64,000 nucleotides of DNA from a virus (Duplodnaviria > Caudoviricetes). The translations under genes and the position numbers were made by a program. A model generated the notes under the pieces. That model was given only the letters and a program-made list of their open reading frames with translations. It did not search any database and had not been told where the DNA came from. Shown one piece after another: positions 1-9,237 of the stretch. The stretch is taken from positions 1-64,000 of the IMG/VR virus record IMGVR_UViG_3300027986_000008. One strand, 5' to 3'. How positions within the stretch are numbered: position 1 is the first letter of the stretch; each line of letters opens with the position of its first letter.

Positions 1-155
1 GCACCGCTCAGGTCGGCACCGCGCAGGACGGCATCGCGCAGGACGGCACCGCTCAGGACGGCACCGCTCAGGACGGCACCGCTCAGGTCGGCATCGCGCA
101 GGTCGGCATCGCGCAGGTCGGCACCGCTCAGGTCGGCATCGCGCAGGTCGGCACC
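1..155. repeat. 15-bp tandem repeat encoding pentapeptide units
   Basis: About 10 copies of gcaccgctcaggtcg / gcatcgcgcaggacg variants with no spacers. Confidence 0.95.
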
Positions 156-251
156 CCCTGCATAGGCCTCCAGCACCGCGGTGCCAATTGTATCCGCTGT
201 TTCGCTGTGTCGTAGGATTGCTCTCGTCCAGCGGTTGATGATGTCTATCAT
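1..251 (-). CDS. Pentapeptide-repeat protein, runs off the window edge
   Basis: ATG at 251 with GGAG upstream; translates MIDIINRWTRAILRHSETADTIGTAVLEAYAGG then ADLRD/ADLSG/AVLSG/AVLRD repeats. Absent from the ORF track because it is truncated. Confidence 0.9.
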   Translation of the reverse strand, partial: MIDIINRWTRAILRHSETADTIGTAVLEAYAGGADLRDADLSGADLRDADLRDADLSGAVLSGAVLSGAVLRDAVLRGADLSG

Positions 252-552
252 TTTGTTCTCTCCATTTGCTCCATCTCTTCCACCGTGCTGGCCGCGCCGC
301 CTAGTCGCAGGACGGAAGGGTCAACACCGGCCAGTAGCGTCCAAGTACCAGGGATTGACGCAGCGGCCGTCTTTGCCGCATCCGCACGACCCCGTTAAAA
401 CCGCTAATTTCACGCTCATGTCGTTGCCTCCGCTTTCGCCTTCGCATCTTCGTAAGGTGTTTGGGTCCAGAGTGCGGAAGCACCGCGGACACCGCAACGG
501 ACGGAGCGCTCCTCTGTCGCTCCGATCTCCTCTCCACAATCTAAGCAGTTCC

Positions 553-2070
553 TCATACTACTCCGATCTCCAAGTTCGCGCGGCTCCTCGCGGCTCCTTC
601 CTTCTCCGGCAGCTTATAGACTCCCGGATAGGAAGCACTGATGTAGTTTCCGTCGGCCTGCTGGCGGAGGCACTCGATGTCCTGCCTCGCAGACCTGCCA
701 ACGGGTACGATGTACGTGGCAGCCTTCTTGAGCGGGATGCGGAGGTTCCACGCGTTGTCAACGCAGTTCCGGATGTCGGCTCCGGCCCAGCCGTTGTCCT
801 CGGGGATCTCTGCCTCCTTGCTCTTCGCGTTGAGGCCGTACTTCTTGACGTAAAGCTTCCAGATCGACTCGCGCTCCTCCCTCGTCGGGAGGTCGAAGAA
901 GAAGAGGCCGCGGTTGAAGCGGCGTCGCATCGCGGCGGAGATCGTAGCCATCGAGTTGCACGTAGCGATGAACAATGGCCGTCCTTGAGCGACGGAGTCC
1001 ACGACCTTGAGAGCTTGCCGGATACGAGCGTTGCTCTCTCCGACGAGACTCCCTTTCATTGCACCGATGTCGAACTGAATCGTCGGCACTCCTGCTGCTG
1101 CTCCGGTTGCCTTAGCGATCAGGCTCTTTCCGCTTCCCGGAACTCCGAGGAGGATGACTCCCTTCGCATCGTGATCCTCCATCCAGGAGAGCAGCGTGCC
1201 TTCCATCTCGGTCGAGACTCCGGACGTATCCGTGCCGGTCCCGGCGAGACCCTTGTCGATCTCGTCACACCACACCACCCCGCGCGGGCGAAGTTCTCCG
1301 CCGATGAGAGCATTCATGAACTCCTTCGTATTCTCATAGCCGCGGACGTCGGAGAACGTCTCCGAGCCTCTCCAGACCTTCAGGCCGGGAGTCTGCTCGA
1401 CGAGTTCTCGCTTCCGTGTCCAGAGAGCCGGAAGGTCGAGGCCGGACTTCGTGAGGCTCATCGCGCAGGATTGCTCTGCCGGAAACGAAGAGAGGCCGGA
1501 GAGCGCATCGACGGCTCGATCCTCGACTTCCTTATCGGGAGCTTCGAGGCGAGCGTTCTTGTAGGTCTCGCGGATAATTCCGGCGAGTTGCTCCTGAGTC
1601 GGTAGAGGCTCGTCGATGACGAGGACGTCCTGCTGGATCTCCGTCGGAAGTTCGATCATCGGGCAGAGGAGGACGATCGTGCGGTGGGTGCGCTTGAACG
1701 AATCGCGGAGGTTCCAGAGAGCCTGAGAAACCCCGTTCTCCTGAATGACGCGGTGGAAGTTCATCATGAAGAGGATCGTCGCATTAGCCTGCGACTCCGG
1801 ATCACCGGGAAGCTCCTCGGCTCCCTGGAGAGTCGCGATCGGAGATACGGTCTGCTCCGGATCTCCGACCGAGGCGACGGCAACCTTCGCCTTATCGTTG
1901 AGAGACCGGAGGCCGCGAACGATGTCCCAGTTCGCCATGGGAGGAGCCGAGCCGTTATAGGACTCAGCGATGGAGGTGATGGTAACCGCCGGGTCAGCAG
2001 TGCGGATCGCGATGAGCGGCACGCTGCGTGACCTGGCGAGAAGGAACTGCTTAACGAGTGACGGTTGCAT
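553..2070 (-). CDS. AAA+ ATPase, Ycf46/SpoVK-like, with a degenerate N-terminal and an intact C-terminal AAA domain
   Basis: Walker A GVPGSGKS, SLVGES pore loop, FIATCN sensor, RRRF arginine finger, FFFDLP and GADI motifs; AGGAG upstream of ATG 2070. Confidence 0.85.
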   Translation of the reverse strand: MQPSLVKQFLLARSRSVPLIAIRTADPAVTITSIAESYNGSAPPMANWDIVRGLRSLNDKAKVAVASVGDPEQTVSPIATLQGAEELPGDPESQANATILFMMNFHRVIQENGVSQALWNLRDSFKRTHRTIVLLCPMIELPTEIQQDVLVIDEPLPTQEQLAGIIRETYKNARLEAPDKEVEDRAVDALSGLSSFPAEQSCAMSLTKSGLDLPALWTRKRELVEQTPGLKVWRGSETFSDVRGYENTKEFMNALIGGELRPRGVVWCDEIDKGLAGTGTDTSGVSTEMEGTLLSWMEDHDAKGVILLGVPGSGKSLIAKATGAAAGVPTIQFDIGAMKGSLVGESNARIRQALKVVDSVAQGRPLFIATCNSMATISAAMRRRFNRGLFFFDLPTREERESIWKLYVKKYGLNAKSKEAEIPEDNGWAGADIRNCVDNAWNLRIPLKKAATYIVPVGRSARQDIECLRQQADGNYISASYPGVYKLPEKEGAARSRANLEIGVV

Positions 2071-2452
2071 CCGTTTTCTTTCTCCTGTCTTTGGCGGCAA
2101 AGCCGCGGAGTTTTCTTACTACTGCCTTAAGTTCGACGTGCTCCTGGCGCTGCTCTAGGGAGGTGAATAGCTCCTTGCCGCAGCACTCGCACTTATTACT
2201 GCTCGTGTCGAGGTCGGCCATGTGCTCCTCGATGAGCCGTACCGCAAGTTCGAGGATGTGCCTCGTACCGAACGGTCCGACGGATCTGATCTGCTTGAGC
2301 CAGCATTCGGCCTCCGGTCCGTGAAAGCTTTGACAGACGTAACAGAACGGTACCGGATGAGGCACGTATCCAGCGGCGTGGCATACTTCGCATTTAGTGC
2401 GAAGCGCTCCGTTACCGCACGAAGGACACGGAGTATACGCGACTCGCGTCAC
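2051..2452 (-). CDS. Hypothetical Zn-finger protein
   Basis: GTG start coupled to the upstream gene; CPSC, CEVC, CYVC and CECC pairs. Confidence 0.6.
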   Translation of the reverse strand: MTRVAYTPCPSCGNGALRTKCEVCHAAGYVPHPVPFCYVCQSFHGPEAECWLKQIRSVGPFGTRHILELAVRLIEEHMADLDTSSNKCECCGKELFTSLEQRQEHVELKAVVRKLRGFAAKDRRKKTDATVTR

Positions 2453-2823
2453 GAGACCTCCTTGTTGTGAGATTTCATCGAGGCCCGAACCTCTTCGAGC
2501 GTGCAGCCGGATTCGGCGAGGATCGACAAACGAGTCGCCGTCTCCGCATCTGCCGGGTCCGGAGTAGCGATACATTCCGCGTCCGAGGCGAGCATCTTGT
2601 TGATGCAGGAACGGCACCACATCGCCCCTTCGAACGCTACGCCGTGAGCGGTGCAAAACGTTCCGCCGCAGTCGCACGAGAAGCGGGAGCACTCAGAGCA
2701 GAGATTCTCTCCGCACTCTCCGCACGGTACGGTCTGGATGTAGGCGTATCCTCCGCGCTCGTCTTGCTCTACCGATACGCGATGGATGGATCGGCAGGTT
2801 GGGCATTCTACCGGGACGGTCAT
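2449..2823 (-). CDS. Cys-rich Zn-finger protein
   Basis: Multiple CxxC pairs; ATGA overlap with neighbour. Confidence 0.65.
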   Translation of the reverse strand: MTVPVECPTCRSIHRVSVEQDERGGYAYIQTVPCGECGENLCSECSRFSCDCGGTFCTAHGVAFEGAMWCRSCINKMLASDAECIATPDPADAETATRLSILAESGCTLEEVRASMKSHNKEVS

Positions 2824-3485
2824 AGGCCGAAGACCTCCGCCGCGTCCTTCGAAAACTTCTCGACGTCCTGCGCTGCCTTCCGCTTCTTCTCCTCTTCTGC
2901 CGCAACCTCTTCGGCGAAGAGCACGCTGTTGAGGTTCTGGCCGACGGGGAGCCAGAGGAAGTTCTTGGACAGGACCCGCGGAATTATGACGTACGTCTTC
3001 CCCGGCTCACCGTTCTTCCGGAGAAGCCGGATGATCGACTGCCCTATGCTGGCACGAGCATAGTACGCGATGTTCTCCGGATGCTCCGTCTCTCGCGTGA
3101 CGATTTCGACCTTTCCCTTCGCGCCAGTTAAGCAGACCCGTTCTCCCGGCTTCGAGACGTACCGATCTCGATGCTTCCACTCGGCCATCCACTCGGCCAT
3201 CAGAGTGCCGACAGGCCACGGAGAGGTAGCCTTCTCCAGAGTGATCCGGTCCTGCTCGTCTCGGAGAGCCTTCTCGGCATCTCTCTGTGCGGCCTCGGCA
3301 TCCTTGAGCCGCTGTCCGAAGAGTTCGTTCAGAGTCTTGCTCATCTCGGCTTCGAGGACCGACTTCTTCTTGCTCATCTCGGCTTCGAGGACCGACTTCT
3401 TCGCGTAGCACTCGCTGTTGATCTTGTTGAGAGCAAGCATCGCTTGCTCGGCCTTGTGCCGCAGTTCGTTCAAGAGTTCACTCAT
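2820..3485 (-). CDS. Hypothetical protein with N-terminal coiled coil
   Basis: AAGGA SD before ATG 3485; contains a 33-bp tandem duplication. Confidence 0.7.
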   Translation of the reverse strand: MSELLNELRHKAEQAMLALNKINSECYAKKSVLEAEMSKKKSVLEAEMSKTLNELFGQRLKDAEAAQRDAEKALRDEQDRITLEKATSPWPVGTLMAEWMAEWKHRDRYVSKPGERVCLTGAKGKVEIVTRETEHPENIAYYARASIGQSIIRLLRKNGEPGKTYVIIPRVLSKNFLWLPVGQNLNSVLFAEEVAAEEEKKRKAAQDVEKFSKDAAEVFGL

Positions 3486-3486
3486 T

Positions 3487-3735
3487 TTAGTTCCTTTCGA
3501 CGACGCGATAGAATCCGTCGTCTCTCTGTCCTTCGATGTCCTTGAGTTGGGGCACGATCTCGTCGAGCCTCCGGAATCCACTCCAGTCGTAACCACCGTA
3601 GTGGCTGACGATGAGGAAGTTCGAGGAGCCGGGGTTGATCGGCTCCTGAACCTTCACGAATAGTCCGCGCGACTGCTGGTAGATCACGCGGTCGAGGGAA
3701 ATCTCGTAGTCTGATGTCATCGGACCTCCGTCCAT
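3487..3735 (-). CDS. Hypothetical protein
   Basis: Packed in the leftward operon; GGAGG before the internal ATG at 3720. Confidence 0.55.
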   Translation of the reverse strand: MDGGPMTSDYEISLDRVIYQQSRGLFVKVQEPINPGSSNFLIVSHYGGYDWSGFRRLDEIVPQLKDIEGQRDDGFYRVVERN

Positions 3736-3788
3736 GAGGCGGAGCGATTGCAGTGACGAGAGTCGGCCTGACTATAAACGTTAAGCAT

Positions 3789-4739
3789 TCAGCATCCGCA
3801 ATACCAGTCGCTTTCGATTACCCGGAAGTCAAATTTGGATTCTGGTGCCGGACCGAAACCGACGCTGCTGAGAATCGTTCCCGCCGGTACGCTGGCCAAG
3901 CTGGCCGTTTGCTGTTCACGAACGCACTCGGCATAGACCTCTGGGGACATCCTCATTTCCCGCATTTCATCGTCCAGTTCACCGAGGATCTTGGTCCGAC
4001 CACATTCCCAGCAGCGCTTCACCAACACCACGTGGTAGCCCTGCGCACGGCGCTCTTTGTGTGCCTGAATCTTGCGTGCCCGTTCCGTCTGTGCCGCTTG
4101 GCTGGTGCGGATCGCGGCGGCAAGGTCCTTGCATTCTTCCCGACCGTCAACCTTCAGCCGAAGGTCGCTAAGCAGACTTTGAAGCAGTGCATATTCTACG
4201 GCCTTCTCCTGTCCAGGGAGGGTAACTCCGCAAACTTGCAGGTGCGGGTAATCGCAGCCGACCTCGCTCACGTTAATAGCTGCCGTGCCATCCAGGATCG
4301 CGGAGAGGAGTTCGGCTTTGGCGTCGGCAATCAACTTACTGCACGCAGCCTGCTCCTCCGCCGACAACAGGAACCACGAATCGTAGGTGTTTTTGTGGAG
4401 CCGTCCCTGCTCCGTCAGGTTCGCGATCAGCGCATCGTTGCTGCCGTTTGTGTACTGGATGATGGTCGCGTTGCTGTAGCCAGCGCACACATACGCAGAG
4501 CCAAGACCGTTGACGGCAAACTTGACCGTCAACGCAGCGTTGCTACTGCTGATTCGAAGGTCCGTCAGTCGCATACCCTCCGGCGCAACCTCCTTCGGCT
4601 GTTCCGTCTTCGGCGTGGCAGCCGATTTGCTCTTACCGCAGGAAACTACCCATTTCCCGCCTTTCTTGACCAATTCGCCATGGTTGGCGCGGACCGAGCG
4701 TCCGCAATCAACGCAGTAGCCTGGATAACTGTTTGCCAT
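3789..4739 (-). CDS. Hypothetical protein with N- and C-terminal Cys motifs
   Basis: AAGGAG SD; CVDC, CWEC and terminal YCGC. Confidence 0.7.
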   Translation of the reverse strand: MANSYPGYCVDCGRSVRANHGELVKKGGKWVVSCGKSKSAATPKTEQPKEVAPEGMRLTDLRISSSNAALTVKFAVNGLGSAYVCAGYSNATIIQYTNGSNDALIANLTEQGRLHKNTYDSWFLLSAEEQAACSKLIADAKAELLSAILDGTAAINVSEVGCDYPHLQVCGVTLPGQEKAVEYALLQSLLSDLRLKVDGREECKDLAAAIRTSQAAQTERARKIQAHKERRAQGYHVVLVKRCWECGRTKILGELDDEMREMRMSPEVYAECVREQQTASLASVPAGTILSSVGFGPAPESKFDFRVIESDWYCGC

Positions 4740-4884
4740 TGTTTTCTCCTTCTCTTTCGTTCTCGTCAAAGTTGGAAAGGTCTACGTGCCACAGGCCGGG
4801 GAATGTGTTGACTCGATAAACTTCATTGTCCGAGTTTCATAGTTGGCTCCTAGCTGAGTTCCGAGATTCCCGCGTGAGACTCAT

Positions 4885-5118
4885 TTAGAATGCACCTCCG
4901 ATCCGGAGGACCACGACGGAGTCCGTCGCGGAGATGAGCCGAGCGGTCCGGAAGGCTTCCGGCCTCGCGGCGAACTTGCTGAGGACGTTCGCGGGTATCT
5001 TCTTCATCCGGCGAGTCGATACGTCCGGGAGAGGCTCTCCCTGCTCGCGGCGGAGCGTGACCATCGTCTTCGCCATGCGGCGAGCGTCTTCGCGATTGTA
5101 CAGAGCAGTGATCTTCAC
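4885..5118 (-). CDS. Small basic hypothetical protein
   Basis: AGGAG SD then GTG 5118. Confidence 0.55.
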   Translation of the reverse strand: MKITALYNREDARRMAKTMVTLRREQGEPLPDVSTRRMKKIPANVLSKFAARPEAFRTARLISATDSVVVLRIGGAF

Positions 5119-5119
5119 G

Positions 5120-5614
5120 TTAGTTCTCCTTTCCTTTCGAAACGACCTTCCAGCCATGGCAAACGGAGTCGGCGCAATCTTCTCCGCACGGAACGACCTC
5201 GAAGCCTTCGGCATCGAGGACCTTCTGACCTCCGTACTTCTCGATCCACTCGGCCTTCGAGAGCTTCCATCGGATCGGATTGCCGAGCCGGTCTCGAACC
5301 GTGTTGCAAATCTCTCGGTTCCAGTCGTCTGCCGTCCACGGCTCCGGAGCCGTCCAGAGTCCGCGGATGCCTCCGAAGCCGGAGACGAAGATGTTGTCGT
5401 TGTTGTAGCCGTTCTCCCGAGACGTGTCGCGGTAGATGTGCCAGACGTAATCGTTTCGGTCATCCTTGATTCCGATGGCGTCCGGATAGTTCGCCATCAC
5501 CAAAGGAACGACGGTGCCATGAGTGTGCTCGTATGCGAACACGATCTCGACCTTCAGGCCGGGAGCGAGGTCCTTCAAGAGGACGGAGGAGAGGTCGATC
5601 TTCTTCGTCTCCAT
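5120..5614 (-). CDS. Hypothetical protein
   Basis: AGGAGG SD; operon packing. Confidence 0.7.
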   Translation of the reverse strand: METKKIDLSSVLLKDLAPGLKVEIVFAYEHTHGTVVPLVMANYPDAIGIKDDRNDYVWHIYRDTSRENGYNNDNIFVSGFGGIRGLWTAPEPWTADDWNREICNTVRDRLGNPIRWKLSKAEWIEKYGGQKVLDAEGFEVVPCGEDCADSVCHGWKVVSKGKEN

Positions 5615-5616
5615 AG

Positions 5617-5784
5617 CTAGTTGACCTCCTTCTTCGCAGTCAGGATCTCGGCGATCGTCGCCGTGGCAGGCTTCCGGACCGGCGGAACGAGAGGACCGCG
5701 GCGGTCGTTGATGAGGTTCTTGGTGGACATGAGGATCAGCGCGAACTGCGCGTCCAGGATGCGGTTGTTCATCGATGCTTTCAT
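5617..5784 (-). CDS. 55-aa hypothetical protein
   Basis: GGAG SD; MKASMNNRILDAQF...KKEVN; below the ORF-track cutoff. Confidence 0.55.
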   Translation of the reverse strand: MKASMNNRILDAQFALILMSTKNLINDRRGPLVPPVRKPATATIAEILTAKKEVN

Positions 5785-5833
5785 GGTGATCTCCGTTTCT
5801 GTGGCCCCACTATGGAGGCTAGAGATTTAGCTT

Positions 5834-5896
5834 TCGCCTAACGCGGGAAGCAATCCCGCGTTTTCGTCCGGCAGCCATCCGGACTCGTCAGGGCGA
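5834..5896 (-). ncRNA. Type I hammerhead ribozyme
   Basis: UCGCC-CUGACGA-GUCCGG(auggcug)CCGGAC-GAA-AACGCGGGA(uugcu)UCCCGCGUU-A-GGCGA: complete catalytic core, three perfect stems, UUA cleavage triplet. Confidence 0.93.
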
Positions 5897-6856
5897 TTAA
5901 AGGTTCTTCGCTGCCTTGAAGCAGGCTGCGCGCGAATCGAGGATGCGAACGACGAGACCGTTCTCATCGTTGCGTATGACGATGCCGAACCACTCCGATT
6001 CGTTCCGCCGCCGTCCGCGCGAGTTCGTATCGAAGCCACCGCCCTGGATGCAATCTCCGCGCTTGAGATCCTCGACCTTGAACGTGTGCTCGCCGCGCGG
6101 CGAATCGAGGAACTCCGCGACTCCCTTCGGCTCGGTGAAGATTCCGACCCACCGGCGCGATTGACCGCCGCCCGACCAGAGATTGAAGCCGAGGAAGTTG
6201 CAGAAGCCGCCCTCCGGCTTCCAGAGGTATCCGCCGTACTCCTCGATCATCTTCGTGTGCTGTTCCTCCTTCGCTTTCGCGGCGGCTTCCTTTACGGCCT
6301 TCTCAGCCGATTCGCGAGCTGCGACCACCTTTAGCGTGCGCTGCCACTGCTCGTCAGTAGTAGTGAGAATGGTACCGTAGCGGTCGTAGAAATAATGGTA
6401 TGAAACGACCGGCATTCGGAGGTCCGTCTTTGCGAGCGGATCGAGTGCTTCGAGTTCGGCGAGGATCTCTTCGACGACCGGGAAGTCGCGAGCGGCCTTG
6501 GCTTCTTTTTCTTCCCGCTCTTTCTGTGCGCGCGCGGCCTCCTCCTGCTCTTCCTCCGCGATCTTCGCATCTACGCGTGACCGGAGGGTGGAGTAAGCGT
6601 CGATCACTTCCGCGACGTTCTGCGGAGGCGCATCAAGAGCGAGCGTCTCGTGAATAGCCCATCTGCCGTACTGCTTGGTTACGTCTAGCGCGAGCGAACC
6701 GTCGGGACCGATCGAGATCTTATCGAGGAGCACCGGGTTGTCGAGCGCCATCATCTCGGTAACGGTTTGGCTGGCGGGACGGCCAGCAAGGAGAGCGGCC
6801 TTCTGTCCGGCGGCGCTCAAGCGATAGGTCACGGTTACGTTCATCGTCGTAGTCAT
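5897..6856 (-). CDS. Hypothetical protein, first gene of the leftward operon
   Basis: 319-aa ORF with a central coiled coil. Confidence 0.75.
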   Translation of the reverse strand: MTTTMNVTVTYRLSAAGQKAALLAGRPASQTVTEMMALDNPVLLDKISIGPDGSLALDVTKQYGRWAIHETLALDAPPQNVAEVIDAYSTLRSRVDAKIAEEEQEEAARAQKEREEKEAKAARDFPVVEEILAELEALDPLAKTDLRMPVVSYHYFYDRYGTILTTTDEQWQRTLKVVAARESAEKAVKEAAAKAKEEQHTKMIEEYGGYLWKPEGGFCNFLGFNLWSGGGQSRRWVGIFTEPKGVAEFLDSPRGEHTFKVEDLKRGDCIQGGGFDTNSRGRRRNESEWFGIVIRNDENGLVVRILDSRAACFKAAKNL

Positions 6857-6874
6857 AGTCGTTATCTCTTTTCT

Positions 6875-7335
6875 TGCTCAATCAGTTGGATATCTAGTCG
6901 CGCCACGTAGAGGCTTGAGCATGCGACCGAGGGAACGTTTTACCGTTCCCCTTGCTTTTCCTTCGTCCGCGATCTTGTGTCGTGAGTTGAGGTCGCGTCC
7001 GTTCCTGCTTCCGCCGTCCTTCCCGTCGGACCGTGATCGAGCGTCATCGCGCTCGCGTCTCTGATCGGGTTTTCTTCCGGCTTCTTCGGCGCTTCCGGTT
7101 TCGGCTATTCCGGGGTGCTCGGATCTCTCCATCTCGTCCCGTTCTCGATTCCCCCGTGCGGCGGGAGTACTGTCGCATGGTGATCGGGTTCGGCCACGGC
7201 AGCCCGTTTCGCCTATTCCCTTGGCTATACTCGGCTCAGCGCCTCGAACTGCGAGGTTCGTTTCCCCGGCCTCTCGCCGGTGAACTCCGCTGCGCCTGAT
7301 TTTCAAGGACCTCGTGAGCCTCAAATCCCGCTCAC
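6875..7335 (-). ncRNA. Putative ~460-nt structured 5' leader with a hairpin and boxA-like site
   Basis: Lies between a promoter and the first gene; many hairpins; GUCCUUGAAAAU follows the first hairpin. Confidence 0.5.
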
Positions 7336-7341
7336 GTAAAT

Positions 7342-7370
7342 AGGATATACCATTCCTAAGCGGTTGTCTA
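7342..7370 (-). promoter_or_regulatory. Sigma70-type leftward promoter
   Basis: TAGACA-N17-TATCCT in an AT-rich divergent intergenic region. Confidence 0.6.
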
Positions 7371-7482
7371 TAGAAATCTAGACGTTTACCGTAAATATAT
7401 TTACCTTAAAATCAATACTTTAGAGACAGAGATCGAAGAAAAAGGCGGTTTTTTAGGACTAGTAGTATAGTAGAGACGGAAG

Positions 7483-7806
7483 ATGGGGAGAAAAACGAAG
7501 GAGAAGACTCCGGCTATGCACCAGGAGGAGATGGACTGCCCGAATTGCGGATATGCGATCCCGGCAGAGGTCCTTCCGGAACCTTTCGTGAGGACGGCCC
7601 GCGCGAAGATCAATAACCGGAAGGTGAAGGTTCATCGCGGGCGGAAGAAGATTCCGACGGCATGCCGGAAGTGCGGAACGAGATGTGACGGACGAAGAGA
7701 AGCGCTCTCTCACTGCAAGAAAAATCCGAAGGCGCAGGAGGCCGCGAGGAAGCGATGGGAAGATCGTCGGAAGAAGGAAGCCGTGCGGAGAAGGAGCGCA
7801 GCATGA
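7483..7806 (+). CDS. Basic Zn-finger protein, possible regulator
   Basis: CPNC and CRKC...HC motifs; first rightward ORF. Confidence 0.55.
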   Translation: MGRKTKEKTPAMHQEEMDCPNCGYAIPAEVLPEPFVRTARAKINNRKVKVHRGRKKIPTACRKCGTRCDGRREALSHCKKNPKAQEAARKRWEDRRKKEAVRRRSAA

Positions 7807-8321
7807 TTCCGTTCGAGTGCCGAGTCTATATAGCGATCAATCAGTCCGAAGACGTTATTAAGATCGGAGCGACGGAGCAGCCGTTTCTCGCGCATAAGCT
7901 ATGGGCGCTTAAGCACCACTGGGGATACACCGGTGGGCCGTTCCGGTTTCTCTCGGTTTATAAAGGTTCACGAGTAGAGGAGCGCCGTCTTCATAAGCTC
8001 TTCGTCAAGCACCTGATCTACGGTCGAGAATGGTTCCGTCCGGTCGAAGAGATCCGTGAATACGCGTCTTTGATTGGCCTCCGTGACGTAGACGAATCGA
8101 ACGTCGTCGATATGAAGACCGGCTCCCAGCTTCGTCAATGCGAATACTGGGATTACATGATCGAGCGCGGAGAGTTCCCGGCCCTGTGGCCTCCGACTAA
8201 AATCTCCGGACCGATGTGGATACGATTCGAATCGAATAATGTTAAGATTCCTCCTAAGTTCTGGACGCGAATAAAATTCAGCCGTACGGCGATTGAGTAC
8301 GGAGCGAGGCTCGCTGCGTGA
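7803..8321 (+). CDS. GIY-YIG / T5orf172-like protein
   Basis: VYIA...IKIG.T...ERRLHKLF...GREWF. Confidence 0.8.
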   Translation: MIPFECRVYIAINQSEDVIKIGATEQPFLAHKLWALKHHWGYTGGPFRFLSVYKGSRVEERRLHKLFVKHLIYGREWFRPVEEIREYASLIGLRDVDESNVVDMKTGSQLRQCEYWDYMIERGEFPALWPPTKISGPMWIRFESNNVKIPPKFWTRIKFSRTAIEYGARLAA

Positions 8322-8866
8322 AAATCTGCTTCACGGATATCGATGGCGTTCTAAACAACCGCTCCTGCTACTTTCCCGGAAATCAACATCCGAAGTACGG
8401 ACGGAATCCAGATCCGAAGTGCGTCGCGGCGCTGAATTGGCTGTGTGAGAAGACCGGAGCACAAATCGTCGTCTCCTCGACGTGGAGGATCGGTGGATTA
8501 GATCTCATGCGCGAGACGATCAACTCGCATTGGGGAGTAAATGGCCCGGTGATCGACGTGACGCCTCGACTGCTCGACTATCGCGGAGATATCACACTGT
8601 CCGTTCCGCGCGGTAGAGAAATCCAAGCGTGGCTCGATCGAAGAAAGCAGGACTACGCTCACTGCGGTGGACATTGGGGAGACGTCGATCGCTTCGTGAT
8701 CCTCGACGACGATTCGGATATGGAACACCTCCTTCCGCATCTCGTTAAGACGGACTTCGAACACGGCCTTACGATGGAAAAGGCAGCCGATGCTGCGAAG
8801 GTCCTCGATGGATTTAAGACGTGCGGAGGGAGAGGTCTCGTATGGCCGGAAAAGCGAGCAGTATGA
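8318..8866 (+). CDS. HAD-family phosphatase (Swiss-Army-knife RNA-repair type)
   Basis: DIDGVLN, IVVSSTWR, RGREI and FVILDD motifs. Confidence 0.85.
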   Translation: MKICFTDIDGVLNNRSCYFPGNQHPKYGRNPDPKCVAALNWLCEKTGAQIVVSSTWRIGGLDLMRETINSHWGVNGPVIDVTPRLLDYRGDITLSVPRGREIQAWLDRRKQDYAHCGGHWGDVDRFVILDDDSDMEHLLPHLVKTDFEHGLTMEKAADAAKVLDGFKTCGGRGLVWPEKRAV

Positions 8867-9237
8867 TTCGACGCTCCGTTGCTCCGAAGAGATCCTCGAA
8901 GATTCGGAAGAAGAGGAGAGGACCTCCGCGAAATGGCCGCGTGAAAGATCCAGACTTCATGGAGTTCGTGGCCGGAGACGGAGAGTGCATCGTTTTTGAG
9001 CACGGATGGATCTTAAGCTGCGGAGGAGGTCCGACTCTCCACCACGTCAAGGCCGGACCGGGAGCGCAGAAGGATGACCGTCGAGTCGTGAGGCTCTGCC
9101 AAGCGCACCATCTTCACGACTTCGGGCTACTCTCGATCGAGCGGCTCGGTAAGGCGGGCTTCGAGAGGAAGTGGGAGATCGACCTCGAAGCAGAGATCCG
9201 GAAGAATAACGAGCGATATGAGAACCGAAAAGTTTAA
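8863..9237 (+). CDS. HNH-like (Ref/DUF968-type) nuclease
   Basis: C...C...HHVK....DD..VVRLCQAHH. Confidence 0.65.
   Translation: MIRRSVAPKRSSKIRKKRRGPPRNGRVKDPDFMEFVAGDGECIVFEHGWILSCGGGPTLHHVKAGPGAQKDDRRVVRLCQAHHLHDFGLLSIERLGKAGFERKWEIDLEAEIRKNNERYENRKV

Noticed and set aside
1-155. CRISPR array
   Set aside because: 15-bp units with no unique spacers; it encodes pentapeptide repeats.
181-1605. 474-aa plus-strand ORF and similar long antisense ORFs (3753-4811, 13919-15070, 35047-36351)
   Set aside because: These lie opposite recognisable genes in GC-rich DNA and have no motifs.
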